Shown: one piece after another, positions 41,116-54,211 of the stretch
How the letters are laid out: each line of letters opens with the position of its first letter
How positions within the stretch are numbered: the first letter of the stretch is position 1
Assembly: GCF_009914755.1 (NCBI RefSeq)
Contig: NC_060933.1
DNA from: the human T2T-CHM13v2.0 reference genome, Homo sapiens
Strand: one strand, 5' to 3'
Length of the DNA: 64,000 nt
The notes under the pieces: generated by a model
Database searches by the model: none
What the model was told of the DNA's origin: nothing
The model's input: only the letters and a program-made list of their open reading frames with translations
Position numbers and translations under genes: made by a program

Positions 41116-42769
41116 TTCCTCATGGGTGTGGTCTCTCCGTATTAAGATGAGGAACGCACTCTCATACCATGCAGGCCACCTGCCCGAGCTCATGCAGCCA
41201 GTGGGGCAGAGGAAGGAAGGGACCCCAGCGGGCTGATTCAGAGGTGCTTGGACTCAGGGGCTGTGGGGGGAGCCCCATCCCTGTGGCTGCTGTCCACTGG
41301 GCCCGTGCAACCTTGAGAAAGTTGCCCAGTGGCCTGGGTCTCAGCTGCACCATCTCTTCAAAGAGGACAGTCATCCCAGGGCCTGATGGTCCCAGTGCCC
41401 GAGGGTGACCTGGGGGCCAGTGTGAGGAGAAAGTGGAATCATTCCACACATCTGAGGGGGCCGTGGGGCCTGGCCAGGATGGGACCCAGCCTGGAAGCCA
41501 GCACCAGTCTGCACAAGCCAGTGTGGCAAGCAGGGAAACTGAGGCTCAAAGAGCTACTGAACCCAAAGCCAGACCACCGGTGGGGCCAGGGGTCAGACCA
41601 CAGGGACCCTGGATCCCAAAAGCTTCACTGCAGGCCCCACACACAGAGGATGGAGGGACTGACCCTAAGAGCAACTGAAAGGGCCCACGGTAGGGACCTG
41701 TTCAGGGCCAGGCCTGGCTTTATCACCAGGACCTGCAGGGCCACCATCTGAGGCAGACGTTGTCATTGTCACCCACTTAGGTGAGAGGAAAGTAAAGGCC
41801 AGCGACTGTCCCAAAGTGGAACAGTTGGAGGTCAGCCTGGGTCCCACCCTGGCCCACCCTCAGCTGCTGTGCTCCCACTACCTCCCCCCTAGAGCTTAGC
41901 GGCCACCTCCCTGCTGCTCCGTCCGTGTGCGTCAGGAAGACCAGCTGCCGAGACAAACATCCCGTGCCTCAGAGGCTTAAAGCAAAGTGCATCTCACTTA
42001 AGCAGGCAACAGCTCCCTCCTCCAGACTGATCTGTCCCGGGGTCCTCGGAGCCCCTCCACTCAGCCCTGATGGGCAAGAGAGCAGGCAGCCGACCCACCG
42101 TGAGGGATTTGGGGGTTGCAGCACTTCTGCCCACACCCCGTTGGTCAAAAAATGGACACCCGACCCCTCCAGACTACAGGGGAGGCCTGGGGTGCAGCCA
42201 GGTGCCCAGGAAGGAAAGGAAACTAGAACTGAGGGGCTCCTAGTGCTCCCGTCCACACTGTGCCCTCTGGGTCCTTCCTGTTTCCACCAAGCCATGTCTC
42301 ACTCGAGATCACAGGTCACAGTGGGCAGCAGAGCCAGAGTTTAAACCGGCCCCGCCCCTGGAGTGTCTCGGGGGACTTCTGGTTGGTGGCGCAGATGGCG
42401 GGCTGAATTATTGAATTTCTCCAACTGACAGGACCCTGGTTCCTTCATCAAACCGACACCTCTGATCTTGTTGGGGAAGTCAGGCTGCCGAAGCTGCCCG
42501 GCCCGCGGCGCCCTGCCTCCTCCTGAACTTGACACCCAGGCCTTGACATAGGAGCGCAAGGAGCCCACATCCCAGTGAAAACAGCACTGTGCCCTCCACA
42601 GGGAGCAGGGCTCCATCCAGGCTGCAGGGCCCCATCCTCCACGTCTTCCTCCCAGCACCAGCCCGTCCCTCGTTCGTGTGGTTCAGAAGAGCCTCGGCAA
42701 GGAGCCAGAGGGAGCTTTCAGCCCGCAGACAAGTCACTTCACAACTCAAAACCCAAAGGAGGCCCTCAC

Positions 42770-43230
42770 TCACCCAGAGTCAGGCCAAACTCCTGGCTCT
42801 TGAGGCCCCCAGTGCTGCCCCCGGCTCCTTGACCTTCTTTCCCACCCCAGCTCTCCCCCTCCCTCCCTTCAGTGCTCCTGGCCTCCTCATTGCTCCTACC
42901 TCGGGACCTTTGCACTTGCCGTACCCGAGCCTGGCATGCTCTTCCCTGAGTTCTATGTGGCCCTCCCTTATATCCTCAAGTCTCTGCCCCAGTGCCCCTT
43001 GCCCACAGGGATGCACGGACCCCATGTTTAAAATGAGAATCCCCTGCCCCTCACTCCCACTTTGCAACGCACTGCACCTGAACACTTGTCAGCCACTTGT
43101 TTTTGTCACTGCCACCCCCCCTTTCCGAATGTGCATTCTGGAATGGGGGATGTTTGTCTGCCCCGGTGACCACTGTTTCCCCAGCCCCTTGCACAGGGGA
43201 CATGCCTACTATTTGGTTGTCGAATGAAAA
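42770..43230 (+). mobile_element. L2 3' fragment
   Basis: CTCCTACCTCGGGACCTTTGCACTTGCCG...TTCCCCAGCCCCTTGCACAG...TATTTGGTTGTCGAATGAA. Confidence 0.55.
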
Positions 43231-45772
43231 TACAGAACATTCTTCTTTTCGTCACCATCTGTGCACCCCCATCCGGACTGACCACAGGAAGATGGCAGGT
43301 GTGTCCCCACCACAGTGACAGGGACTGGGCTCACCCGGCCCTCCCCACCAACTCCAACCCCAGTGGCTGAGCAGACCCCTGGGCTGCACCCACATCTGAG
43401 GAAAGGCGTTGCACCCGCGACTTTAGTCCTTGTCTCCTACCCGAGGTCCCTGGGAGGCTGCCCTGCGGTGGGATTTCTCCCTCATCGACAGCTCTGCATT
43501 CTGACAGCCTGTCCCCAAAGCAATGGGCAGAAGGCCCCATCTCTGAGACCTTTCTTTCCAAACAAGTGACTTCGCTGAAAGGCCAGGCTGGGCTGTCACA
43601 TGGCTGTGGCCCTTGGGCAGCTCAGCACGTCACTGTGTTCAAATGACAATATTCTCAACCAAGAAGAGGGTGCAGGTGGGGTTAGAGAGGCCCACGGGAC
43701 CTGACAGACAGCTGGAGGTTCCAGCCCCTGCCTCTCATCTCTAGGAGAGCCACCGAGGCCGGCAGGGAATGGGCTAGCCAAGTTCACACTGGCCCGGTGG
43801 CTGCGTCAGGATGGCCAGAGGCATCCCCAGGGCCAGAGCAGCCAAACCTGAGAGGCGGCCCCAGGCAGTAGGAGGACACAGACTTGGCCATCGGGTCCCC
43901 TGCCCAGCCACTGCCTGGCTGACCAAGCCTTCCTTGTTATCCCAAATGTAATGTGACAGCAATGACCACAACACAGTTGTGGCCACCACGGTGCAGGGGT
44001 GCCCAGACCCTAGGTCTGCACATACTCACATTGGTGCCCTGTCTCTCCTTTGGATTTGCTGTCACTCCTCTGGATCTTCTTGTCCCCAGGGTCCAGCCCC
44101 CTGGTTCAGCTTGGCCCTTCCCCTCCATTTCCAGAGGCTGCCAGGATCGCTGGAACTGGGTGGGGCACGAGGCCAGGACGCGGACTCCAAACCTCTTCTC
44201 AGCCAGGGAGAGGCTCAGTGGCCAGGCTGAGGGAGGCAAGGGAGGGCTGCTGGGGTCATTCCCTCAGCAGGCTTCTGCAAACACAAACCAGCCTGCGAGG
44301 AGATGCTGGGCCTGAGTGGCACTGAGTTTGAGAATCCTCATGGTCATAACCTGGAGGCATCGTCTCTCGTCTTGCTGCTCACAGATTTGAAGAGAATGTT
44401 CTTCCTTGACGCCATAGACAGCACCTCCACTGTGCACCGAGCCCAATGCCTCACTTACAATGGGCCCTTGATACCCAACCTAGGACAAATAAGTGTCGGA
44501 CCCTCCTGCTGCCTGGATGCTGGGATTGAGGCAAATACAGTCAAAAGGGGCGGCCATGCCTTCCTGGGATCTGGCCACCAGCGGTGGCAGCCACACCTGC
44601 CCAGGACCACTCACCTGCTGCATGGCTGGAGGACCCCAGCTTCCCAGTAACCAGTGCCACACAGTCTCTGCCAGGGTCTGGGCCCAGCTGGGAAGGCAGT
44701 GCTAGCACTGGCAAAGCCAGAGGGTGGGGTCCTGTGAGCTGCCAATGTGGCCATGTACCCCCCAGACCTGCAGGGGCCCTGCTAAGGACCAGTCCTGGGA
44801 TGAATTTGAATAAGAGTCTATCTGGGCGCATGGAGCTGACCCCAGAGAGAGCAGGGGTCTGAGCAGGGCGGGAGGAGGGGCCCCTGTGCCTGCTGTGGCT
44901 CCTGCCCCCTCTCTCTCCCATCACCCATGTGCCCAGAGGCCCTTCCCTGCCCTGGTGGGGGCTACCTTCCTGTCCACCTGACACCCCTGCTCAGATGGGG
45001 GAATGTTGGCTCAGCCCACAGCTGGGTATGAGCAGTCAGTCACCCCAGAGCACCTTCATTTTGCTTCCAATGAGAGCTTTGATAGTCTCATTGTCACCGA
45101 CAGCACCTGAGAGAGGAATCTGAAATCATACACCACCCAGGTCCCTCTGCCTTGAATGACTGGGCACGGAAGGAAATTCCAACCACAGAATCAGGCGCAG
45201 CCCAGGGTGACACGCGCTGGGGAGAGGGTGCCATGCTGGGGTCCTGGATGCTGATCGGGCACTGCCAGGGGAGACATTGGGAAAGTTCCTCCCCGCTGTG
45301 ACCCACACTTCTTGTCTAAAGGGTGATGGCAATGGTGAGTGAGACAGCCTGGGACCACTGCAGACAGTGGGTGGGTGGGTGAGCTCGGGGCCTCCGGAGC
45401 ATGCTCTGTGGGTCCCTTCCCACAAAAGAGGGCCCTGTGACCAAGGAACACAGGAAATTCTTCTCTCACACACTCAGCCAGTCGGTGAGGCCAAGCACGG
45501 CCGGAACACCTGTGGCTGCCCTCATCTGCAGGCATCTCATTGCATCCGCCAAGCAAGGTCAGCAGCAAACAGCCCCCAAGGCCCTGCAGCTTGAGAAATT
45601 CCAGTTCATTCCCAGATGTGCTCCATGTCCATCGTGGGTCTGCAGAGAATCTCAGTAGCTGAAGTGGCGGGAAACCAGGGTGACGAAGGCTCGCTCCTTG
45701 CACAAACGCCCTCACTCATCTCAGAAGTGGGGCAGAACAGGGAAAGTCTCCAACCGTTCTGGCTCTTAATGT

Positions 45773-46582
45773 GCCCTTCCCCTTCCCATTTCCCCTTCAC
45801 ATTCCCCTTCTCTCTTCCCCTTCCCATTTCCCTTCCCAGTTCCCCTTCCCATTTCCCCTTCCCTCTTCCCCTTCCCATTTCCCCTTCCCATTTCCCCTCC
45901 CATTTCCCTTCCCATTTCCCCTCCTCGTTTCCTCTCCCATTTCTCCTCCCATTTCCCCTTCCCTCTTCCCCTCCCATTTCCCCTTCCCATTTCCCCTCCC
46001 ATTTTCCCTTCCCATTTCCCCTTCCCCCTTCCCATTTCCCCTTCCCATCTCCCCTTCCCGTTTCCCCTTCCCCCTTCCCATTTCCCCTTCCCATCTCCCC
46101 TTCCCGTTTCCCCTTCCCATTTCCCCTTCCCCCTTCCCATTTCCCCTTCCCATCTCCCCTTCCCGTTTCCCCTTCCCATTTCCCCTTCCCATTTCTCCTT
46201 CCCATTTCTCCTTCCCATTTCCCCTCCCTTTCCCCTTCCCATTTCCCCTTCCCATTTCCCCTCCCATTTCCCTTCCCATTTCCCCTTCCCATTTCCCCTC
46301 CCATTTCCCTTCCCATTTCCCCTTCCCTCTTCCCCTTCCCATTTCCCCTCCCATTTCCCCTTTCCCATTTCCCCTTCCCATTTCCCCTCCCATTTCCCTT
46401 CCCATTTCCCCTTCCCTCTTCCCCTTCCCATTTCCCCTTCCCATTTCCCCTTCCCGTTTCCCATCCCCATTTCCCCTCCCATTCCCCTCCCATTTCCCCT
46501 TCCCTCTTCTCCTTCCCACTTCCCCTCCCATTTCCCCTTCCCATATCCCTTTCCCATTTCCCCTTCCCATTTTTCTTTCCCA
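45773..46582. repeat. Polypyrimidine minisatellite, ~13-bp unit CCCATTTCCCCTT
   Basis: About 810 bp, almost entirely C/T on the + strand; accounts for the P/F- and G/K/E-rich ORFs. Confidence 0.97.
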
Positions 46583-49500
46583 TATCTTAATTGACAAAGC
46601 AAATCACAAAGCCGTGCCCACCCCCAGCAGCGAGGCGGTGCCCCCTCACCTGTGACCAAACAGAGGGAGTCCTTGGCAATGGGCACTTCCAACCACCTCT
46701 GCAGCTGTGAATGTCCCCCTGAGATGGTCCCACAAAACAGACTTTGGGAAATGCAGCATTTGCTTATTAATAACCCTAAAGTGGGAGAAATGTTTTAATT
46801 CAGGATTTCAACCCAGCGTTTCAGGGGAAGGCGATCGCCCAGTGTAAACATAAACAAGGCTGCCTTCCTGCATTTCCCCAGGCACAGGTATCTCCTCCAT
46901 GTTCGCAGTTTGGACTCACGTGTCTATTCATATGGAAATCGTTTCCCCAGCCAATTGTGACATTTGGATACTGAGTCACTGTTTGAGCTCATCCCTGACA
47001 TCCCACAAAAGATGGAAAATATTGTGGACACAGAGTCTTGCTTATATGTTTCCTGGAAGCAATTTTTAAATAAATGACTAACATGAAATAAAAACAAATG
47101 GAATGCAACTGCATTCTGTCTCGGAGGGAGCAGGTGGAGTTGCCCCTTCAAACTCACAGCTGAGGAGTTAGACTTGCGCATGGCAGGGGAGGCTGCGCTT
47201 GAAGACACTGTGAAATGGGGATATCCCAGGAAGGCAGCCTGGGCTGTCCCTTCCCCAGCCTGTCCATGTTTCTCAGAGCAGTCAAGGAAAGCCCCAGACT
47301 GCAAGGTTTCTCTGGTTTACCCGGCGATCTAGGGCTGCCAGCTTCCCTTTTCATGCCTCGGTTTCCCCATCTGCGGTGGAAACAATTGTGCTCATCTGCA
47401 GGGAGCATGTGACCAGTTTCTTCTTTTCTCCTCTGTGTTTGTCAAAGTCTTTTCTCCCCTCTGCAAGACCCCACCTCCCTGTGAAGATGACAGTGGTATG
47501 TGCCATCTGGTCTACTTTTTGGAGAGCTGGGTTGGGGTCTGATCCTGGGCAGTAGCAGAGGCGGCGGCCAGGGCCCTGTTGAGCCACGTCGCGTCCCTGA
47601 GCTGGGCTGTGTTCTCTGCACTAAGAGCTGTAGGGGTTCCCTCCTTTAGAGGACAGACCTGTGGGTTTTACAAGGTGTGGGGCCAGAACCCACTCACAGC
47701 AGCAACTGACTCAGGGGCTCAGGCAACGACTTCTCTGCTCTTTCTCTTTCCCATGCACAGAGAGCACAGCCTCACTTTCTTACTCTGCAAAGGAGATGGA
47801 ATTGTCTCCAGCCAAATCAAACTTCTGGAAGGTTCCTAAAGCCACCTGGCTCAAGCTACGTTGCACCCTCCCACCGGGATGCTTTTCCTCTTTCTCCCTT
47901 TCGTCGACTCCTCTTCATCCTCCGAACACCACCTTAGCCCATTCCCCAGGAAGCCTTCTCAGCCCCCGCCTGGCTGACACATACCAGGTGGCGCAGGCAC
48001 CCGAACCTGGGTGTGGGTGCACCGCACGGAGGTTTAAATCGCAGCTCCACCCCTTGCAGCCACTGCTCTGAGCCCCTACCGGCAGGCGGGGAGAGGCAGG
48101 AGCCATCCTCACAGGCCCGCCTCGCCTCCCTCTGTGGATCCTGTTTCCCCACCTCCCTAAAAGTGGATCCTGGGCCTCTTCCTTCGGAGCTTCTGCCCTG
48201 TCACTTAACTGCTGGCTTCATGTCTGTCTTGAGTAACTCCTCCAGGGTGGAGACGGTGTCTCCTGTGACTGTGTCCCTTTGAGCATCACCCTGAGCCCTG
48301 CACACTGCAGACTGTGAGTGAGTAAGGGATAGCTGGGTGAATAGGTGGTCCTGCAGCCAGAACCCCCATTGAGGGCCCCGCTTTGACATATAGACCCCTG
48401 GGATCTTAGGCCTCCAGATACCCTGATCTCTGCATCCCACAGGAACCTGTAGACCACCCGACACCAAAGGGAGAGCAAGCCAGGGCTCAGAGCCACTGCA
48501 GTCCATAACTCACAGGCCACTCAATTAATGACCCATGGCAGAAGCATGGTGAGTGCAGCCGCCTCTTGGAAGCCACCCCCCGTGTATACAGCACTTGGAT
48601 TTGTTAAAATATTGAATCTGTTAGGTGGAAAATGAAAAATGCTAGATGAGCCGCTCTTCAGTCTGGCCTCGGGCACATCATGGGAGAGCAAATGCAATCT
48701 GCCCCGCCTCACTGGCTCGTTCAGCCCAAGATTAATGGCAGAAGGGTCTGGAGAGGGGCAGGTCTCCAGGCTGGCCGGCTGGAAACCGGTGAAATACGAT
48801 GGTTTGTAATCTGTGTACTTGTCATGTAAATGAGTGTCCTCAAAGGGCTCTTACATGTGTCTTGGCTTCCATGCAGAAAGCTGAAAGCACCAGACTGAAG
48901 GAGGCATTCATCATCCGATCATCCGACAGGTGCAGCTCCGCAGCCCAGAGGTGCCACCACATCCTTCAAGGGCAGATGCGGGGCTTTCTTCTCCCTTCGC
49001 AGAGGGGAGGCAGGTGCCTGGGGAATTCGTGTGGCCATAGCTGCAGCACTGGGGAGGGTTAGCCACCCCCTCCCCCACCCAGACCATGGATTTTACCCCC
49101 TGGGGAGGGTAACTGGGAGAAAGGAAGCCAGCCCTAGGAGACTCAGCATGCCTGGGAGTTAGTGAAATCAGCCTCTTAGATCTATTTTCCAGCATGTTCT
49201 GTTGACAGGGACAAGAAGGCTGATTTTTGAGAGCTGCTTGGGTGTGGCATAGATTGGACATCGGTAAGGACTTCCATCAGACCTGTCTTGAATGGCAAGG
49301 AGAGGTTTTGCAGCTGGTCTTCCTAAAAGGCTAGAGAGTCCCCATGCCTGCTAGACCAGGGAAGGCTGGCAGAGTGCGGAATGAAGATGGAAGGGATGAA
49401 GGTGGACAGCCAAATTTGGCTCCAGTCCTCTCTTCTCGTGCTGTACCCAGGACAGACATCACTAAGCAATCAGCCACTCATTCCTGCCGAGCCCAGCAAG

Positions 49501-50052
49501 GACAGCAGATGCCTCCTCCACACAGCTCCTGGGCTGTAAGCAATATAAGCTGACATTGACTAGCTTAAGCCGCACAACCTAAGCAATAATGGCAAAAGGC
49601 AATGGGCTTGCTGGGGGACATGAGCAGTTCACAGTGTCCCCGCCAACACTGAAGAGCGGGACTCAACAAGGACAGACCCTGGAGCAGCTCCAGGGGTCCT
49701 GGGACCACCACTCAGATTCTCCAGAGGAAGGGTCACTGCCAGGATGCCTCCTCTCCAGCCATGTCTGACCCTTGTGTCTATCCTCTCAAGCTCAGGCTCT
49801 GGGGAGGAGAATGTGCAGCTGGGGCCATGTGCTCACCTTCTGGACAGGTGAGGGCATAACTCAACCAGTAACCCCAACCAGACAGATTCCAGAGGGAGTA
49901 GTAGTGAGGGGTGCTGGAGCCTGAGGATGGGAACTGGGCCATGTGCAGACAGCCGCAGCTGGCCTCTCTTGGCTCTTCCACAAGCCCCTGCCCAGCCCTG
50001 GACCTTAGACCAAGCGTCTGCTCCTGCCTAGGCTGGCAAGCTCTTCTGCCAT

Positions 50053-50417
50053 TGTAGTAGTCCATTCTCACACTGCTAATAAAGACTTATTAGACTGGGG
50101 AATTTATAAAGAAAAAGAGGTTTAATGGACTTACCATTCCACGTGGCTGGGGAGACCTCACAATCATGATGGAAGGTGAAGGAGGAGCAAAGTCACATCT
50201 TACATGGCAGTAGGCAAGAGAGAGCATGTGCAGGTGAACTGCCCTTTATCAAACCATCAGATCTCATGAGACTTATTAACTGTCAAGAGAACAGCATGGG
50301 AAAGACCCACCCCCATGATTCAATTCCCTCCCAGTGGGTCCCTCCCACAACACATGGGGATTATGGGAGCCACAATTCAAGAAGAGATTTGGGTGGGGAC
50401 ACAGCCAAACCATATCA
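50053..50417 (-). mobile_element. THE1 (THE1C-like) solo LTR
   Basis: Full THE1 text ending GGGGACACAGCCAAACCATATCA, with a 5-bp TSD GCCAT/GCTAT. Confidence 0.92.
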
Positions 50418-50534
50418 GCTATCAGCCATGGAGGTGAAAGAAATCATGTCATTGGCACTCACTCCAGATCTAGGGGACTCTGGAGAAAAGCAATGTGTGG
50501 GCAATGGTGATGTGGATGCCCCATTTGGCAGAGA

Positions 50535-50831
50535 GGGCAACTCACTCTTGGAGAACCCAGATCCACAGGTAGCCCCCCACTCTGGTTCACAAGCGGGCAA
50601 CCCACTCTTGGAGAACCCAGATCCGCAGGTAGCCCCCACCTCTGGTTCACAAGCGGGCAACCCACTCTTGGAGAACCCAGATCCGCAGGTAGCTCCCACC
50701 TCTGGTTCATAAGCGGGCAACCCACTCTTGGAGAACCCAGATCCGCAGGTAGCTCCCCACTCTGGTTCACAAGCGGGCAACCCACTCTTGGAGAACCCAG
50801 ATCCACAGGTAGCTCCCCACTCTGGTTCACA
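50535..50831. repeat. 60-bp VNTR, about 5 nearly identical units
   Basis: Unit GGGCAACCCACTCTTGGAGAACCCAGATCCGCAGGTAGC.CCC...TCTGGTTCACAAGC with an exact 60-bp period. Confidence 0.97.
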
Positions 50832-51437
50832 CAGTTCAGCCTGGGGCTTTGACTCCACACCCTAGGCCCATCCCATTTCTCCACAAAGACTTAAACCCGT
50901 CACCTTAATGTCTCACATTTTATTTACATGTGTGATGGATTTGGATAAAACCAAGAAACAAAACCGTTCTGATTTTTTATATTATTTGATCTGGTTCCCA
51001 GTATTGTTTTTATCCTACTCTGATATTGGGGCTGTTTTGCTTAAAATGAAAGTTGGGGGAGCCCAACCCCATGCATGTGACTGTGATCCAGTGTGCGGAG
51101 TCAGGCTGGCCCATGCGTTTCTTGATGGTTTTCCTATAGGTGATTGTGCCCCTAAGAAGTGATTTTTCTGTGTTTGAAACCCTGTAGAAACGCATCGCTC
51201 TGTGTACTCTGCTGCTTCACTGTCGCTTAGTAGCGAGTTTTGGGATTGTTCCATGTGGATGGGGGAATTGCCAGTGCATGCATGTTCGAGGCTGCATAGT
51301 GTTCCAGGTGTGGCTGTATGGAACGTGTGTCCATTCGCTTCCTGATGAACAACAAAAAAAGTGGGGAGGGGAGAAACCAGCCTAGCTCAGCTGAGCCAAG
51401 GAATGGGACAGGGGAGACTTCAGTTTCCAAGCATTGG

Positions 51438-51518
51438 CGTGTGTGTGTGTGTGTGTGTGTATGTGTGTGTGTGTGTGTGTCTGTGCATGTGTAGGTGATG
51501 CACACACACACACGTGTA
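51438..51518. repeat. (TG)n microsatellite followed by an inverted (CA)n
   Basis: Direct reading. Confidence 0.9.
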
Positions 51519-51934
51519 CAGGCTCCTGAGTGATGATTGTGGGGTGGACCAGCCTGGGCTTTCATCGTAGCAGCTGCCAGAAGCTCACCTTCAAGCCAGC
51601 CAGCAGCCCCAGCCAGGCTGTGGTGTTTCCTGCGCTGGTGTTTGGAGCCTAACATCTTCAGTATAAAAGTGGGCTGCCGGTTTTGGTTTTTGGTTTCTTT
51701 CAAATCTGTAATACACTTGTCAGATGTGAAACTGCATTGGAGCACAGCGCCACACATGTGTCATCCCACGGTGGCACCTGGTTATCAAATATTCGTGTCG
51801 GCTTTAACCAGCCTTGCTCGTGACCTGCCCAGGGAGCCTGCTGATGCCTGGCACTGGGAGAGGCTGCTGGAGGCAGTGAGATCATGCCCTCCAGAAGGAG
51901 CTGGTAAGCCCTGGGAAGCTGGAACGATAGGGTC

Positions 51935-52088
51935 ACCTGCCCGAGGCCTCTCTCACCTGCACCTGCCCGAGGCATCTCTTGCCTGCACCTAACCTAGGCT
52001 TCTCTCACCTGCCCTGCTTGAGGCCTCTCTCGCCCACACCTGCCTGAGGCCTTTCTTGCCTGCACCTGCCCGAGGCCTCTCTTACCTG
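51935..52088. repeat. ~26-bp tandem repeat, about 6 units (CACCTGCCCGAGGCCTCTCTCACCTG)
   Basis: Repeated CACCTG(C)CC.GAGGC.TCT units. Confidence 0.85.
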
Positions 52089-53849
52089 TACTTGTGGGAC
52101 CCTCATCCTTACTCACCCACACTGTGGCCTCTGTTTTCGCTGGGCAGGATGAGGGCCCCTGGACAGGAGTGAGTTTCATTCTCCTGGGACTATCAGGCCC
52201 AAGGAGCCCTCCTCTCCCCTTCCCGGTTCTGGAATCCCACCTGGCATGGCTCAGAGGGCCTGGTTAAGTCCTCCGATTCAGACCGAACCTCAAGGAGGGT
52301 CCGTCTTCAGTCAGGATCAGGTGACCTGGAGCCTGAGGACCTGGGGGCACCAGCCAGGCAGGGGATTTCTCTGAGCACCTGAGGGAATGGGAATAGGGTC
52401 AGCCAAGGCAGGCAGTGGTCTCCACCACATGGGCTCAGGGGTCCAGGGTCTGAAGTTCTCAGATGGAGGGCAAGGCATCGGCAAGCTTGATGGGGCACAC
52501 CCATCTCCTGGGGACAGCTTGTTAAAACAAGCCCCTGACTGCTGGTCTGGGCAAAGTGAGGCCGAGGCTTCTGAGCTGGGGCCTGGAAGGTCCGTTAGCT
52601 GACTGGTACCTTTGTTCCAAGTCCACTTCCCCAGCACAAACGCCGTGTGCCACTCTGTCTCAGGGAAATTGCTGCAGGTTTTAGGTGAGCCAGCCTCATG
52701 AGGGACTCCGGGGCCCAAAGCCCAGGAGATGCTCAGCTGTGAGGACTGTGGAGAACACCAGGCCATCTCGCAAGATGGGAAGAGGGCTCAGCTTGCAAGT
52801 GACTCCTGCCTCCTACGTGGCCTGACTCTCCGGAGGCAGAGACCCCACCCCCACCCACCACATGCCTCCCCCAGGGCATCGATCTCGCTGACGAGAATGA
52901 CAGGTGCCACTCCCTCTCTCCCCAGGGCAGGGTCTGTCCGGCTCATCCCTGGTCCTCTGCAGACCAGGACCCTGGTCTGTAGCTGTTGGAGGGACAGGGG
53001 CAGACCGTGCCTTATCCTTCCGGCTGTGCCTTCCAAGCCCCACCTGGTTTCCTTCCTCCCTCCCCATCAGTCTCCCCTAAGAGAGCCCACCTCCTCCTCC
53101 CAAATTAGGTCTTCCAAGAAGGATGGATCTGCCACAGGTATGCCTTGCCCAAGCTGCTGGGCTGGATTTGGGGGAGCTCAGCACCACCACTGTAAATGAG
53201 AAAGACTCTGATGACGACAGCAGCATAGCCAAGCAGGGGAATATTCCATGGATGCTGCTTTGTATGGGAAATTACATAGGCACTGGCTTAACACACTAAT
53301 GTCAGAGCAAATAAATATACATGGCCACCATCTCCCCACCCCTGCTGTCTTTCCCCAGCCCCGTGGTGACTCTGGGGCCTCCACATCTTTAATCTTACTG
53401 ATTCATTCTCCTGCCTTCCATGTGGCATATTAATGTTAGGTCAAAAAGTATTTCATCACTTATTCTGAAGGCCTTATTTCATTTTTATTCAAGAATGTGT
53501 AATCCTGAGAAAAAATAATTACATATGAGAGCAACAGTGCAGCTCTGTCCTGAATTCACAGACTCATGAAATCTCAAAACTAGAAAAAGAAACTAAATCC
53601 AACCCTTTTGTTTCACACACGGGGAAACTGAGGCCCAGCAGTGGGGAGGCGGTGTGTGGCCTGCCCAACTTGTGAGTCTGTGCCGAAGCCAGGCCTGGCA
53701 CCTTGTTCCCCCGAAACGCATCCCCACGTCTTCATAGACCAGGTGGGGACAGAGGTTTTTACCTTGGTCATTTCATAAGAGAGTGAGCTTTCTGGGTTTG
53801 GAGGTGATTCAGCAGACCAGACAACCACCTCTCAGAGATGCTGTAATGA

Positions 53850-54085
53850 TGATAACCACTGTCGTTCACCAAGCATTCCTGGGGCCAGGCCCTATGCTGC
53901 ATACACTAATGTGCGTCACCTTGTTGAATCTTCAGCTGCTGTGGCTGTTCCTATTTTGCAGATGGGGAAACTGAGGCATGGAGCATTTTGGAAAGTCACC
54001 AAGGCCACACAGATAGTGAGTGAGGTGCCAGAACCGGCACTCAAGTTTATCTAACTCCAAAGCTTGTGCTCTTAACCAGCATGCT
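53850..54085 (-). mobile_element. MIR SINE
   Basis: CCTATTTTGCAGATGGGGAAACTGAGGCA...CCAAGGCCACACAG...CTCCAAAGCTTGTGCTCTTAACC. Confidence 0.75.
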
Positions 54086-54211
54086 ACCCTGCCACGGGGA
54101 AGTTGTCGTGCTGAGGTGGTAGGACGTGGCTTCTAAGGTCTCACTCAGCTCTGAGAACCCACAGAATACTTGAACATATTTCGAGGGCACTTCAGGGTAG
54201 CCACAAAGGAC

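Noticed and set aside
45606-46692. ~300-aa ORFs on both strands
   Set aside because: Artefacts of the polypyrimidine repeat.
47981-47994. CTCF-like ATACCAGGTGGCGC
   Set aside because: It lacks the conserved 5' CC, and a single partial motif is expected by chance in GC-rich DNA.
50143-50155. PRDM9 hotspot motif in THE1
   Set aside because: Reads TCTCCCCAGCCAC on the minus strand, not CCTCCCTAGCCAC; two consensus positions are lost.
50316-50326. DUX4 site in THE1 (and in the MLT2A at 31327)
   Set aside because: THE1 reads TGATTCAATTC rather than TGATTCAATTA, and the MLT2A copy reads GGAGTGGATTG and CCATCTAATCA, so the motifs are degraded.
50176-50884. ORFs with 20-aa repeats
   Set aside because: THE1 LTR plus 60-bp VNTR; one unit carries a stop in the + frame.
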